Origin: Perna viridis
Taxonomy: Eukaryota
Length of the DNA: 64,000 bases
Reading direction: 5' to 3'
NCBI GenBank assembly: GCA_037379345.1
Contig: CM074521.1
Location: forward strand, 20,546,704 to 20,610,703
A model generated the notes under the pieces. It did not search any database, was not told the origin of the DNA, and saw only the letters and a program-made list of their open reading frames with translations. A program made the translations under genes and the position numbers. Below, piece after piece: positions 12,424 to 24,090 of the stretch (position 1 is the stretch's first letter; each line of letters starts with the position of its first letter).

Positions 12424-14601
12424 CTTATTAACGAGAATAGGATATTTGATTGACGTTATTATTTTAATTAATGTTTTTAAAATTAAAGTTTTTTTTTGTA
12501 TGCATTTTAAATTATTAGGAAATAACAAGGATTACAGTTATGTTGTTTTAGTGATTTTACTTTCAGTCATTATTTTTCCACACAATGCCATAACGGGAAC
12601 ATTTAAAGACAAAAACTGTTGCAAATATAAGCGTTTTTAATTTTACAAATAATATCAACGAATAAAAATCTAGGTTTAGCGGTAATTTGTTTATAATCTT
12701 TTCATGACTTAATATTTGGTATATGAATTTTGGGAACCAAATTGAAATGAGAATATTTCGAACGCATTATCATCTAGATTTCGATAGTATATGGTATAAC
12801 TATATTGAGGGAACAAATGACAATCATTTCATTTAAGAATATCATTTTTACACAATGCTAGATATAGCATTCATTTACAATGTTTTATGGAAAACAAGTG
12901 TCAATGGATTGTAAAAAGTTTTTTTTTTTTTTTTTACATTCAAGCAAGATGGTTTTATGTGCAGTGCGCACAACAAGCCTATACGATGCAAGCGGGTAAG
13001 AGAATCGATAGAATTATCTGCAATACCAGCTTGCTCTTCAAATGATATTAAAAAGAATCAAAATTCTGTAATAAAGGTTCCAAAAAATTCGTAAGTCGGT
13101 GACGAATATTCATGGCAATCGTACGTACCTATAAGACTTAAATGATAGTTGACAGAAGACCGTTAATAACGTGTCACACTCCGACGTCAGAAAAGTGTCG
13201 CCATATATTTTGACAGTATAAATTTAGAGTACATATTTCATTGCTCTATAGACAAATTATCATTTGTAAAAAAAATTAAAACATAAGTTATACTTGTGTC
13301 AGTTAAAAGTCATGGAAACTTTTAGTTTTGTTAAAGAATAAGAATGTGTATTTATATTTTCATAGTTTTACTCTTTTCGAAATGATATTTATTTTTATTC
13401 AAAATCATCTTACATCTTGCAGTTAGACAAGCAAAGACAGATGGTTTCGTTCAATTAATATTCATTTCCGCGCGTACACTCTATGTTTAATACTAACACT
13501 TCCGCCATGATATGTAGATTTTTTTTATCGCATGTTTATGTGATGAACTGAATATGACATTTATCGTGAATGAATATATTACACAGTTTTACTATTTTCG
13601 ACTACAATTGAAATGTTGACCAAAATCAAACAATGAACATTCCAAGAATGGTTTTTACTTTTCAGTACTTGTACACACAATTAAGTATCTAATTGCAATG
13701 AACATGTACATTGCATTGTCTTCTATATTCATCAGAAGTTATCTCTCTTTGTAACGATAATTTAAATCTTAGATCGATGAGTTGGAGTTAATTTATGTGG
13801 AGTTCCTATTTATGTGATCAGTAGAATTTGTACACAATTTTAACTAGTGAAATACATTGCGATACATGTACATGTTTTATGGCAATAAATGAATAAAATA
13901 TCTTAGATTAGCGTATTTTTTTCTTTTCTTCTTTTTCCTCGAAATATAGTTTTACGTAAGACATAATATGAAGTTATGTTACTGCTTTGGCTGGTATTAT
14001 AATTGTGTAAAAATATTTTTCGTTGATGGCTGGTCTATTGGCATGGATCAGACTAACATAAAAATATAAGTTTCCTTTCTAAAATGTTTAAGTTCTAAAA
14101 TATAAAAACTCAACAACTGAAAAGCCAACACATTTTAACAAAAAAGAAAATAGATACAATGAAAATAAATTAAAAAAAAATCACAGAATTAGACAAAAAT
14201 AGGTATCGGATTAAACAGTAATGATAAATAAATCGAAACATAAATAAAACAACAAAAAGGATTAGACTTGTATGGCATGTATAATGTAAATCATTTTAAA
14301 GATAATTGTTAATAGCATCACTATAGTATGAACCTTAATCATATCATTGAATTAATTGTAACACAAAATATAGTGTTACGAAACAGAATAATTACATTAA
14401 CTGTCAGTACATTCATTTAGATTTTTGTCAATATTTCGACAAAAAAATACCAAAAACGTCAATAAGTTCTGTGGATAGGCTTAAAAAATCTGAAAGATTT
14501 TATTTAATTGTTCCTAAGAGGCAAATTTACATCACAAGACATTGAAAAAAAACCCCAAAAACAACAAAAACAAAAACAAAAAAAAAGCAAAAAGCAAAAA
14601 T

Positions 14602-14786
14602 NNNNNNNNNNNNNNNNNNNNNNNNNNNNNNNNNNNNNNNNNNNNNNNNNNNNNNNNNNNNNNNNNNNNNNNNNNNNNNNNNNNNNNNNNNNNNNNNNNN
14701 NNNNNNNNNNNNNNNNNNNNNNNNNNNNNNNNNNNNNNNNNNNNNNNNNNNNNNNNNNNNNNNNNNNNNNNNNNNNNNNNNNNNNN
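14602..14786. other. Assembly gap (185 N)
   Basis: Run of n next to an A-rich low-complexity tract. Confidence 1.
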
Positions 14787-15363
14787 ATCAACTGATATCA
14801 AAAGTTTTGAACCAATCACCTTTCTAAGCCGTAACAATTTTTAAAAAGTCCAAAAGGTGTCTATACTTATCTATTGTATGACCAAGTGGTTTTTAAAACA
14901 GAGAAAACACATTTTCAAAACACAAACAATTTTTTCAACAACTTCCCTTCATGTATGAAAATTAATCTCTGTTGTGCGCGAACATATGACATATTTAGGA
15001 ATATGTTTATAGGTTGTAATAATAAGATAACAGCTATCGTGTATTAAACTAGATTATTGTAACAAACATTGTATAGGAACAATGTAAGCAATATTGTTTT
15101 GACATGTTACAGAACCAATTAGATTGTATAACGCACGGAAAAAATGTGTGTAGTACACACAATTACAATTTTGGGTAAAACATTTACAATGTTCTGTGAA
15201 CAAGACAATAATGTTCTGCTTTTTATAGCTTTATACTCTAAAGTGTTGATTTTAACAATACAAAACAACAAATATGGAAGCTAAAACTGATCGTTGGAAA
15301 TAAGATATAATTAAAACAATGCAATTTCGGTAAGTTATTAAATCTTAAAAAAAATTTGGCTTA

Positions 15364-15736
15364 TTAAGTAGCAGTCTTTGTAAGAATAGTGCAAAATCTG
15401 AAAAATGTGATACACCCCAAAAAAGGCTACATGGGTCTATGTTATGAAATGTGTTATTATTCATTCAAATCTGCCTGCTCTCAGGAGATAATCAACATTG
15501 AAAATCCAATAGATTCTATTGTATCTGAGTGTCATTTACAGAGTTATTTCCCTTACTTTTGAATTCTACGGTGTATTCTATACAATTTTTACCTCCTATG
15601 AGTAGGGGTTATATGTAAAACCAAATGTTAATTCTGTTTACTAAAGCATTTTAAACAAGATATCAAAAATAAAAATATGTAGGCTTTCCAACCATGTATC
15701 ACATTTTGCATGATTCGTAAGTGGAGTGCTACTTAA
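15364..15736 (-). mobile_element. MITE, copy 2 (inverted relative to 1936-2352), TTAA at both ends
   Basis: TTAAGTAGCAGTCTTTGTAAGAAT...GGAGTGCTACTTAA. Internal sequence is colinear with the reverse complement of copy 1. TTAA targets are known for Kolobok and piggyBac elements. Confidence 0.8.
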
Positions 15737-16204
15737 GCAAATAAAGAAAACAAAAGAAATTGCATTTATAAGTTATATATGTATGTAACATATAAGTCAC
15801 TTAGAATTGATGACCAAACTGTTCAATGCCGTAGACAAGCGTTTAGAATTAATAATACAAAGTCAAGTGAAATTGATAAACACACAAAAAGGCCAGCTTT
15901 CATTACTTTATTATACATTTGGACATAACTCAGATATTAAAGCATAAGTTAAGTTCGTCACTACAACACTTCCTTAATGAGAAGAAACCCAAATATTTTC
16001 GTCTTTACGTGAGAATTAACAAAATGTTCTCGAGAAAACTGACTTGATAATTTCAAAAACTTTGTATTTATCCTTGTTGCATATCATCGATGAAACCTTT
16101 ATTCCATTAACATTTAGATACAAGATGTATAAAGTATTTAAACGAGAACAAACTAATAATTCTTTAACAGATGTGTATGCTTGCAGGTGATTCTGTATCT
16201 AACT

Positions 16205-19200
16205 ATGGTAGCAGTTTTGGTCCTCTGTCTACTAATTTTTGGCATGAATGATGTTTGGGCCTTTGATTCCTCAGACAAAATGGATAAAAACAAGACAAAT
16301 GACAGTGATTTGCAAACGAAAACAGCAAAACTCTTTTCAAATTTCCCTGCACAAGAAAGAAAGGATAATATTATCAGTGAATTACACGAAAGACGTGAAA
16401 ACGGTTTAAGATCCTTACAACAATTACTTTTGGAAAACCCCGGAGTAATACCAGGTGGAGCAATAGAACCTACAAGATTGGACAATAATCTACACACTAG
16501 TCATTCTCAGGCAGAATATGACAGGAATACAGAACGCAATGGGTATGTAATCAATGACCCAAAGACAAATAAAATTCAACAGAATAATGACGACAGGGAT
16601 GTGTTTGAAAAACAAAGCCCGAAGAAATATTTTGACTCTATGAATATTGGGCATAAAAAGAAATTTAAGAATGATAAAGAAAAAAGTGTTTCGATTAGAC
16701 CGAATAAACATGGTATAAGCACGGCAGTTACAAAGACTACTATCTTTTCGAAAAAAGTTTCCACAACAACTTTGCCACTACAAAAAGATGACGCTAATTT
16801 GATAGATCATACGGTAGACATTCCTGGTCCTTCAAATATTCTGAAGGGAAACGATTTAGCAGTTGGAAGTATCTCTTCCTTGAACAGCACAAACTCCACT
16901 CAAACAAGGTCACACCGAGTTCCGGACTTTGATCATGATCAAAATATTATACAAAATCAGGCAAATGATAAAAACGACCACACTACGCATGATCAGAAAT
17001 ATAGTCTTCCATTGACAACGGACTTCCCGAATGTAAATGGAGTTAAATTCGAAAAACTTACAACGTTTATTCCTTTCGAAAGTGGATTAGAATCGACAAT
17101 AGGTACTACAAACACCAAACATTCAACGGTTATGGCCACATATGCTACTACGGAAAAGCCAGTGAAAAAACTGACTTTTGCCATATCGAATAAAGTGGAA
17201 CATGAAGTTTTGAAAGAAGAAGATGACAATATTAAAGTAATTGAGAATACGATAGATCAACGCAACAAATTGACAAACATTAAGCATAGAAATACTACAA
17301 CACATATGAAAATATTAAAAAGCAGTAACGAAAAAAGGGATACTAAAACAATAAAAAAGATAAGCTCGAAAAATGTCGAGACCGCAAAACTAACTAACGT
17401 ATCAAAGGGGACTAGGTCTAGTGGTCGGGTAGCGGATACACATACAACTCCTACTTCTAGTACTAGAAGAATATCACGGAAAAGAAAGAGAAAAAGAAGA
17501 AAGTATAGAAAAAATTCAAATAGAAACTTTCACTCAAAAGTTAAGAGGAAAGAGATTCAAACCCCTATTGGTATTTTGATGATTAACAACACTTTAAAGC
17601 ATGAAAGAATAAATGGAAGTAACAGTAATATAACAAAGAGCCATGGCGCAAGTAAATCAATAGACGACTTCCAAAGATACGAAAACTCAACAGATCGTTC
17701 AGTAAACAGTATCGTGTTGCACGGAAAGAACGGCGTCTACATTACCCGACAAACGACTATTCAACCTGCATTACTGACAAGCAGTTCTGTAAATGTTTCT
17801 TACTCGGAAGATTTAGAGTTTGCCACAGAAGTCAGCATTAGGAATGGATCATCAACTGATGGAGGAAAATCTGAATTATCAGTGACCAATGAAATGAAGA
17901 ATAAATATTTAAGCAAAAATATCGCAGAAAAAGCACCACAGAATAAACACGATGACCTCAACAATACATTAGCGTCGACAGTGGACGAATTGAATAAATT
18001 TATACCAAACGAAAAGGACATTAAAACTTTGACGTCCGCTTACCCTTCAATCAATAACAACACAACAAAGACTAGTTACACAACAAAAGAAGATACAAAA
18101 CTTGAAAATGATGAGTCGACGGCACTAACGGGAATTCCTATTCCTTTTTCAGAAGGTTATTCCAAGATTTTAAAATCGATTGATACAACTACTTTTGTTC
18201 CAACTGTTTTGTCTAGTTCAATACCTGAAAGTTCGACAACTCAGAAATTTGAACCTACAGCTGGAAACGAAAACATTTATGCAACAGGACAGACGCTTAC
18301 AGAAAAGATTTTTTCCGATTTAACTATAAAAACAGTAGCAAGTAATAAATCCTTGGATGCTAGAAATACAACAAGGGATACTGATTTTGAAAGTGATAGT
18401 TGGTCAGAAAATGCAACTCAGAACAAATACAAGGCAAGTGATATTTTAGATCAAAGCTTGCTGGTAGATTCTTCCCAACGTTTCAACACACTTCAAACAT
18501 TAAATAAAATCGGAAAGACTAATGATAGTACAGAGTTAATAAGAATAGAAAGTTCATTAAATTTATCTCAAGATGTTAATGCAAGTGATAACATTAACAT
18601 GATAGAAGGAAATAGAACAGTTAACAATAAAGAAGAACAAACGATTATATATCAAAACAATATTGATGATCAATGGCAGATGTGGTTCAAGTCTCTCTCT
18701 ACAGAAGATCCAACAACCTCAACAGAATCGCCAAATGAACCAAGTCTAATTATTTCAACATATAATAATCCTGCAGAAATCGATGTTACAACACAATCAG
18801 ATGCACTGCTCACCGATGGCGCAACAACATATACGGATATAGATACGATTCATAGAGTATTACCAACCCAAATTATGACAACGGATGAAAGACTAAGTTC
18901 ATTTTCTCCTGGAATGCAATCGTTACCAGTGGATCAAGCTCTTTCTAAAATTCAGCAACCTACACCGCTAACCACGGCGGAAAGCGTCGCTGATGCAAAA
19001 TACCTACAAAGTCATAACTTTTTGGATTACCGACCGCTCGTTAACACATCGGAAGTACAAGAAGGAACTCAATTGCTAAATGCAACAAGAAATGATGTCT
19101 CAACACAACCAAAAATAACTCCAAATGATTTGATGGTGAAATGGAAAGAGCTGATTAAACAATTCCGAAAGCGAAATTTAAATAACAAATCACAGATTTT

Positions 19201-19747
19201 GAATTTTCTTCAGAAGACAAGCGATAAGAAGTTAACAACAAAAGTTGAAAACAAAGCTAAAGAAAACAAGTTCTCTCCGAAACCAAATATTGTCAAACCT
19301 ACTGTCGAATGGCTTGGAATCAACAAAGATCTTAGCGAAAGGGGGAACGTAAGAGCAACCAGTCTGAAGCAAAGACCTAACATAAATTTAGGAACTCGCC
19401 GTAGACCTAGTTCACCTGTTGAGCACGACAAACTTCAAGACTGTAAAGATAAAGAAAGTTATAAACTAGCATTAGATGTGCTGCAAACGATTTTAATGAA
19501 CATGAATAGAATCAAACCTCCACCACCACATCCAACACAAAAACGACGATATCTCCTCATACCTTTAGGTGCCGATGTAAATGGCAATTACCAAAGTAGT
19601 GGACATGGTTTTGATGAATATGTCAGGTCAAGACAAGATTTCCAAATTCACCAACAGCAGGTACATAAGCCGGATACTCAGACGGTTCCATACCGAGTGA
19701 GATCCCGAAATCCTATGCAACAACTTACTTTTCCGGCTTCGATATAA
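16205..19747 (+). CDS. Gene B: secreted, largely disordered Thr/Ser/Asn/Lys-rich protein, ~1180 aa
   Basis: 3.5-kb ORF. Acceptor gtatgcttgcAG ends at 16186, first ATG at 16205 gives signal peptide MVAVLVLCLLIFGMNDVWA. Polybasic RRISRKRKRKRRKYRK, many sequons, AATAAA at ~19777-19786. Confidence 0.87.
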   Translation: MVAVLVLCLLIFGMNDVWAFDSSDKMDKNKTNDSDLQTKTAKLFSNFPAQERKDNIISELHERRENGLRSLQQLLLENPGVIPGGAIEPTRLDNNLHTSHSQAEYDRNTERNGYVINDPKTNKIQQNNDDRDVFEKQSPKKYFDSMNIGHKKKFKNDKEKSVSIRPNKHGISTAVTKTTIFSKKVSTTTLPLQKDDANLIDHTVDIPGPSNILKGNDLAVGSISSLNSTNSTQTRSHRVPDFDHDQNIIQNQANDKNDHTTHDQKYSLPLTTDFPNVNGVKFEKLTTFIPFESGLESTIGTTNTKHSTVMATYATTEKPVKKLTFAISNKVEHEVLKEEDDNIKVIENTIDQRNKLTNIKHRNTTTHMKILKSSNEKRDTKTIKKISSKNVETAKLTNVSKGTRSSGRVADTHTTPTSSTRRISRKRKRKRRKYRKNSNRNFHSKVKRKEIQTPIGILMINNTLKHERINGSNSNITKSHGASKSIDDFQRYENSTDRSVNSIVLHGKNGVYITRQTTIQPALLTSSSVNVSYSEDLEFATEVSIRNGSSTDGGKSELSVTNEMKNKYLSKNIAEKAPQNKHDDLNNTLASTVDELNKFIPNEKDIKTLTSAYPSINNNTTKTSYTTKEDTKLENDESTALTGIPIPFSEGYSKILKSIDTTTFVPTVLSSSIPESSTTQKFEPTAGNENIYATGQTLTEKIFSDLTIKTVASNKSLDARNTTRDTDFESDSWSENATQNKYKASDILDQSLLVDSSQRFNTLQTLNKIGKTNDSTELIRIESSLNLSQDVNASDNINMIEGNRTVNNKEEQTIIYQNNIDDQWQMWFKSLSTEDPTTSTESPNEPSLIISTYNNPAEIDVTTQSDALLTDGATTYTDIDTIHRVLPTQIMTTDERLSSFSPGMQSLPVDQALSKIQQPTPLTTAESVADAKYLQSHNFLDYRPLVNTSEVQEGTQLLNATRNDVSTQPKITPNDLMVKWKELIKQFRKRNLNNKSQILNFLQKTSDKKLTTKVENKAKENKFSPKPNIVKPTVEWLGINKDLSERGNVRATSLKQRPNINLGTRRRPSSPVEHDKLQDCKDKESYKLALDVLQTILMNMNRIKPPPPHPTQKRRYLLIPLGADVNGNYQSSGHGFDEYVRSRQDFQIHQQQVHKPDTQTVPYRVRSRNPMQQLTFPASI

Positions 19748-22334
19748 CAAAAATCATTCATGAAATCTGATTACACAATAAATAAAATGCACACCATGAT
19801 GCAAAAAAGGAAGGTCCGTTACAGCTAGTGAAAACAAATGTACATTTGTAAAACATGTTTAACATTTCAACATATAGTAATGTCACAGTTTCATATTAAA
19901 TAAATGGTATACCCTGGTTATCTCGTATTAATTTCAAACAGAAATGTCTTATTTTAGAAGGAAGGGGAAAAAATAAGAGTTTATTTTCTCTTGCTAATAT
20001 TACACTAATACACGTTTTGTAATTAAAAAAAATTCAAGCGTATGAAATGAAAGAATTCATTTTTTAAAAATAAACAATACACAAATATTTTTTGTCGTAA
20101 GTTACATCTTTGCAGTGCAAAACAGTTTGTTTGTATGTGTAATTGTAGTAAATCTTATTTGTAGATCAACGGAAGACAACTCTATCAAGATAAAACGTTA
20201 TATATATATATATATTAATTTAGTTTCTACTCAATGTCGTTCCGCTAGTCCGACAAAAAATAATGTAAGTTATGTTTTGGAACGTATGTTGTTAAACACA
20301 CATTTCCGTTTATTTATTCACCGAACTAGAAATTACTGACACAGCTTCTAAGTTATTTTTAGACCTGAAGACAGCAGTCATCTCTGTGCATTTCCATTTC
20401 TTGGTTCCTTTTATTTTCACTTATTTATTTTTCATATCTTTTGTTCTATTTTGACCACTGATGTTACTGTTTTTTTTCTGGTGACAATATTGTGCTGCCC
20501 ACCTGTTTGGAATATACCAGAAATATTGAACCATAATAGAGGAGGTTCATGTTGCAATGCCTGAACCAATTCAGGACTTTTGCGATGATTCCAGCATATT
20601 GCCATTTGTTATATGGACTTTTCTTTTGACCACTCCTCTTGGCTACTGCCTAGATTTGATCAACTCTGTTATTACCATGCGTAAGACTGTATATCTGAAC
20701 ACTCAATTCCCTACTTACGTACATAATTCATTTACATGTAGAATATAATCATTGATAATTTGTTAATAGGTGAATTTAGCTTAAAACTTATACTTGCATA
20801 AAATTTAGAGTTAAATATTGAAAGCATTGTTCAAGGTAAGTACATTTATGTACACGATTATTCTTTCGTAAATGTTTTCAATGTCGACTTCTAAACTTCC
20901 CCAACCCCAGATGACCATTGTATTGTTGGATGTAAAATAATAAATAAAAAAACCCTGTAAACATATAGTCAAATAATATGTCTACTCAAAACAGTTCAAA
21001 CTATTTTGCATTCATGTAAAATAATACACTGTAATAAGTAATATCAACATGTGTTATACGAACAATAAGGAAAACATCAACCAAATTATACGGAAATCCT
21101 GGGAAAAGCACCAACCATATTAAACGGAAATATGTGGAAAAACACCCAAAATATAGTAAACAATGACCAAATCGTAAAACACAACAGAACAAAAACATCA
21201 CGAATCTTAACCAAAAAAAAAAGGGTGATAAGTTCCTGTCTTTTATTAATATTGCCATATTAGAACTAGTACTCAGTTTCGGACATATAATAATGTCGTG
21301 TTAAATGTAGTTATTTTGGATGGATGTGCTGATGAAACTATGAAATATTTTCCGAAATTTTAGTTTTCCGCCCTTTTTAAGTGCTTGCAGTTATTGCGCT
21401 GATGTTTGGTATGTGAGTCTACCTTGATGATTTACGGATCACGTATTCGTTTCGGTCCGCTCAGCTGATATTTTTCCTAAAGACTCAAGATATGGAGTTG
21501 CTTTTTGAACAAATCAGTCAACTTTTATTTGAAACATAACCTGTCCAATTGTCAGTGTGTTAATCTTTGCAAATCCGCATCTTTTAAATGAATTTGAGCA
21601 CCGTTCTTGTCTTTATCCATATCCCTTCTTCTGTTCAAAATCCAGGTCATTTCCTCAGTTTGCCATCTCCACTTGATGATCCAAGGTAGTGTTACGGTCA
21701 GTGATATAAACAGCCAGTAGGAAACTATGTATGTTTTTGGCAATACTCTCAGAATGCTTGTTTTAATTGGATTATTCACAATAACCAATTAATTATCCTA
21801 TTCATTATATAGATTTTCTTCATAATTTTTATCCATTTAAACATAAAATTTAAATTTCATGGTCGGCCGATTGATATTTGTGTTGTGCGGATTTGGCGAG
21901 GAAACGTCCATGAGTGAAATGACCGAAAAAAAGTGGTAATTATTGATTTCTTTTAAATAAGGAAAATTTTTAATCACTGCTTTCTAAATAAAGCAAAATT
22001 ATGTCTTCTGCGTTATATATATATTATTACTGAAGCATGTTAAATGCTACTGACCTTTTGTCATCTGGTAAGCGAGAATTTACTTAATCAATTTCATAAT
22101 CATCCATCATTAAGAAAGAAACCCATTTTTAAAACAACTTTCCTGACTTCAGGTTTTCTGTTCATTTGAAACTGTGCAAACCTTTGAATAATTTTAACAG
22201 TCACATCAGACAAAAATCTTATTTGTTCAGATGTCATGAAAAGTAACCGTGTTCTGAACTTAAAAATAGAATGAAAATTTAACTTTTATTGTGAATAGTT
22301 GTGACGGAATCAATGGCAATACGTTTCTTATTTT

Positions 22335-23654
22335 TTACGGTTCTGCAACTCCCATCATCAAAAAAGGTATTGCTTCAGATGAATCCTCGACATCAAAAAG
22401 CATTTTTACTACATTAAGTTTCATTTGATTCTTCATTAAATTTTGTATTGTATCTTGAACTCTTGTTTCCAGTTTTTGTCGTATCTGTTTCCTCTTTTTC
22501 CATCTGTTGGCATCGTGCTTTCTAGTTGTATCCTTAGTCTTACTAGCAAATTTAGATTTTCCACGATACCGTTTTGGATGGCTAATCTTTGAAGTATTTT
22601 TTTGGTGAAAAGTTTTCCGTTCTGATTTAAATGTCTTATTAAGGCGTTTTGATGTTTCCGGCCAATTTTGTGGTTTCGATATTTCAAATCTTAACTTCTT
22701 TGAACCTGACTTAAATGGGTTTATAAAGTTAACCTTGTTATTTTTCTCCTTCAGTCCAGATTTGATTGAAAACAGTTTTCCACTTTTAAAACCAGAAATA
22801 ATATCAGAAAAGCGAAATTCAACTCCTTTCGCTGTGCTTTTATTTTTTGTTGGTTTAAAATGCTTCTTTGACCAGACATGCTTTTCATTTGAATTTCCAT
22901 TTCGAGTATGAAAGCGTTTGTCCCAATTGAATAGTACACGTGCATTTCCTTGCTTTGTATCTTTACGTAAAGGTTTAAGTGAACTTGCCTTTTTCATTGG
23001 CGAGGTGTTTAACATATTTCTTGATTTTTTCAACTTAGGCAGGTATACTGATTTCTCTTTAAATAGCGAATTCCATCCAGTTCCTGGGATGGAATTTTGT
23101 TTTACCGGTTTGCTATTATGCCCATTGCCTCTAGAAAACTGTAGAGTTTTCTTTGCGTTATGTGAAATATCATGTGATGGAATCGTCATAGGTTGAATTG
23201 GTGGAGGTTTTATCAGTGGTGGTTGTTGCATATATTTCACTTTATCTTTCAAGTTTTTGTCATGTTTGCTTTCACGCTTGACGTTTTTGGGCGTCATGTT
23301 GGTTTGCTCGACCGTTGACTTTTTCACTGTTTTTTCATCAAGATTACCTCCAGACAACCATGAGTTTATAATGTCCGACCCGGACGCATAGCCTTCCTTT
23401 TGAATTTCTTCCAATTCCTCGTGCATTGCTTTATTCGATTCAATTAAATTGGATTCTGGCAAACCTAATTCTTCAAATAGTTCTGGTGATTCAAAAAATT
23501 CAATTTCGATTTCTGGTGGTTCTGGTGGTTCTGGAGGTTCGTAATTTAATTTTGTTGTATTTTGATGATCATTAGATACATTTTGGCTAACTACACATAA
23601 TGATAACTGGAGAATGAGACACTTTACAAAAGTTATCTTAGTCCTTTCGTTCAT
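22335..23654 (-). CDS. Gene D: secreted protein, 439 aa, with acidic EPPE-repeat N-terminus and long Lys-rich region
   Basis: Signal-like MNERTKITFVKCLILQLSLCVVS. Minus-strand acceptor tgttttttttacAG with exon start at 23717 and in-frame stops before the ATG. Minus-strand AATAAA at 22285-22290. Confidence 0.85.
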   Translation of the reverse strand: MNERTKITFVKCLILQLSLCVVSQNVSNDHQNTTKLNYEPPEPPEPPEIEIEFFESPELFEELGLPESNLIESNKAMHEELEEIQKEGYASGSDIINSWLSGGNLDEKTVKKSTVEQTNMTPKNVKRESKHDKNLKDKVKYMQQPPLIKPPPIQPMTIPSHDISHNAKKTLQFSRGNGHNSKPVKQNSIPGTGWNSLFKEKSVYLPKLKKSRNMLNTSPMKKASSLKPLRKDTKQGNARVLFNWDKRFHTRNGNSNEKHVWSKKHFKPTKNKSTAKGVEFRFSDIISGFKSGKLFSIKSGLKEKNNKVNFINPFKSGSKKLRFEISKPQNWPETSKRLNKTFKSERKTFHQKNTSKISHPKRYRGKSKFASKTKDTTRKHDANRWKKRKQIRQKLETRVQDTIQNLMKNQMKLNVVKMLFDVEDSSEAIPFLMMGVAEP

Positions 23655-23995
23655 TTTTCAATGTTGCTACTATTAACAACACGTCTATACCTTTGAATAA
23701 CTTGAATCGATAGAAACCTGTAAAAAAACACAAAACAGAATCGAATCCAAAATACAAGTTTAAGGAAAAAGAGATGTTGAATTGAAATAACAAAAACAAT
23801 TAATATGTGAGTTCAAAACAGAGACATTCCGTTTTTTAACAGGATATTAAAGAAAAACTATATATAAATATATATAAAGACTTTAACATTTTAAAATTCA
23901 AAATGCAACGAGCATTCCTTGTTACTGAAATACGATTCATCACACAGATATATGAAAAACGTATGTCACAGGAAAGAGTATATTTTCTGTCTTAC

Positions 23996-24090
23996 CTAAT
24001 TCAGTCACAAAAAGGCCCAACTTTGAATAAAGCCGTCCAGTTGAACCTTTTAGCAAGTCGTTATTTACCCCTTTCAATTACCGGCTGTAA
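23996..24090 (-). other. Probable non-coding 5' exon of gene D
   Basis: Minus-strand donor AG|GTAAG at 23996/23995 gives a ~278-nt intron to the 23717 acceptor. The 5' boundary is approximate. Confidence 0.45.

Noticed and set aside
14504-14844. ORFs with long X runs
   Set aside because: Artefacts of translating through the N gap.
16181-16204. TTG start for gene B in the ORF track
   Set aside because: Overlaps the splice acceptor; ATG 16205 gives the signal peptide. The same applies to the listed starts at 36664, 38245, 44787 and 46239, which are internal exons.
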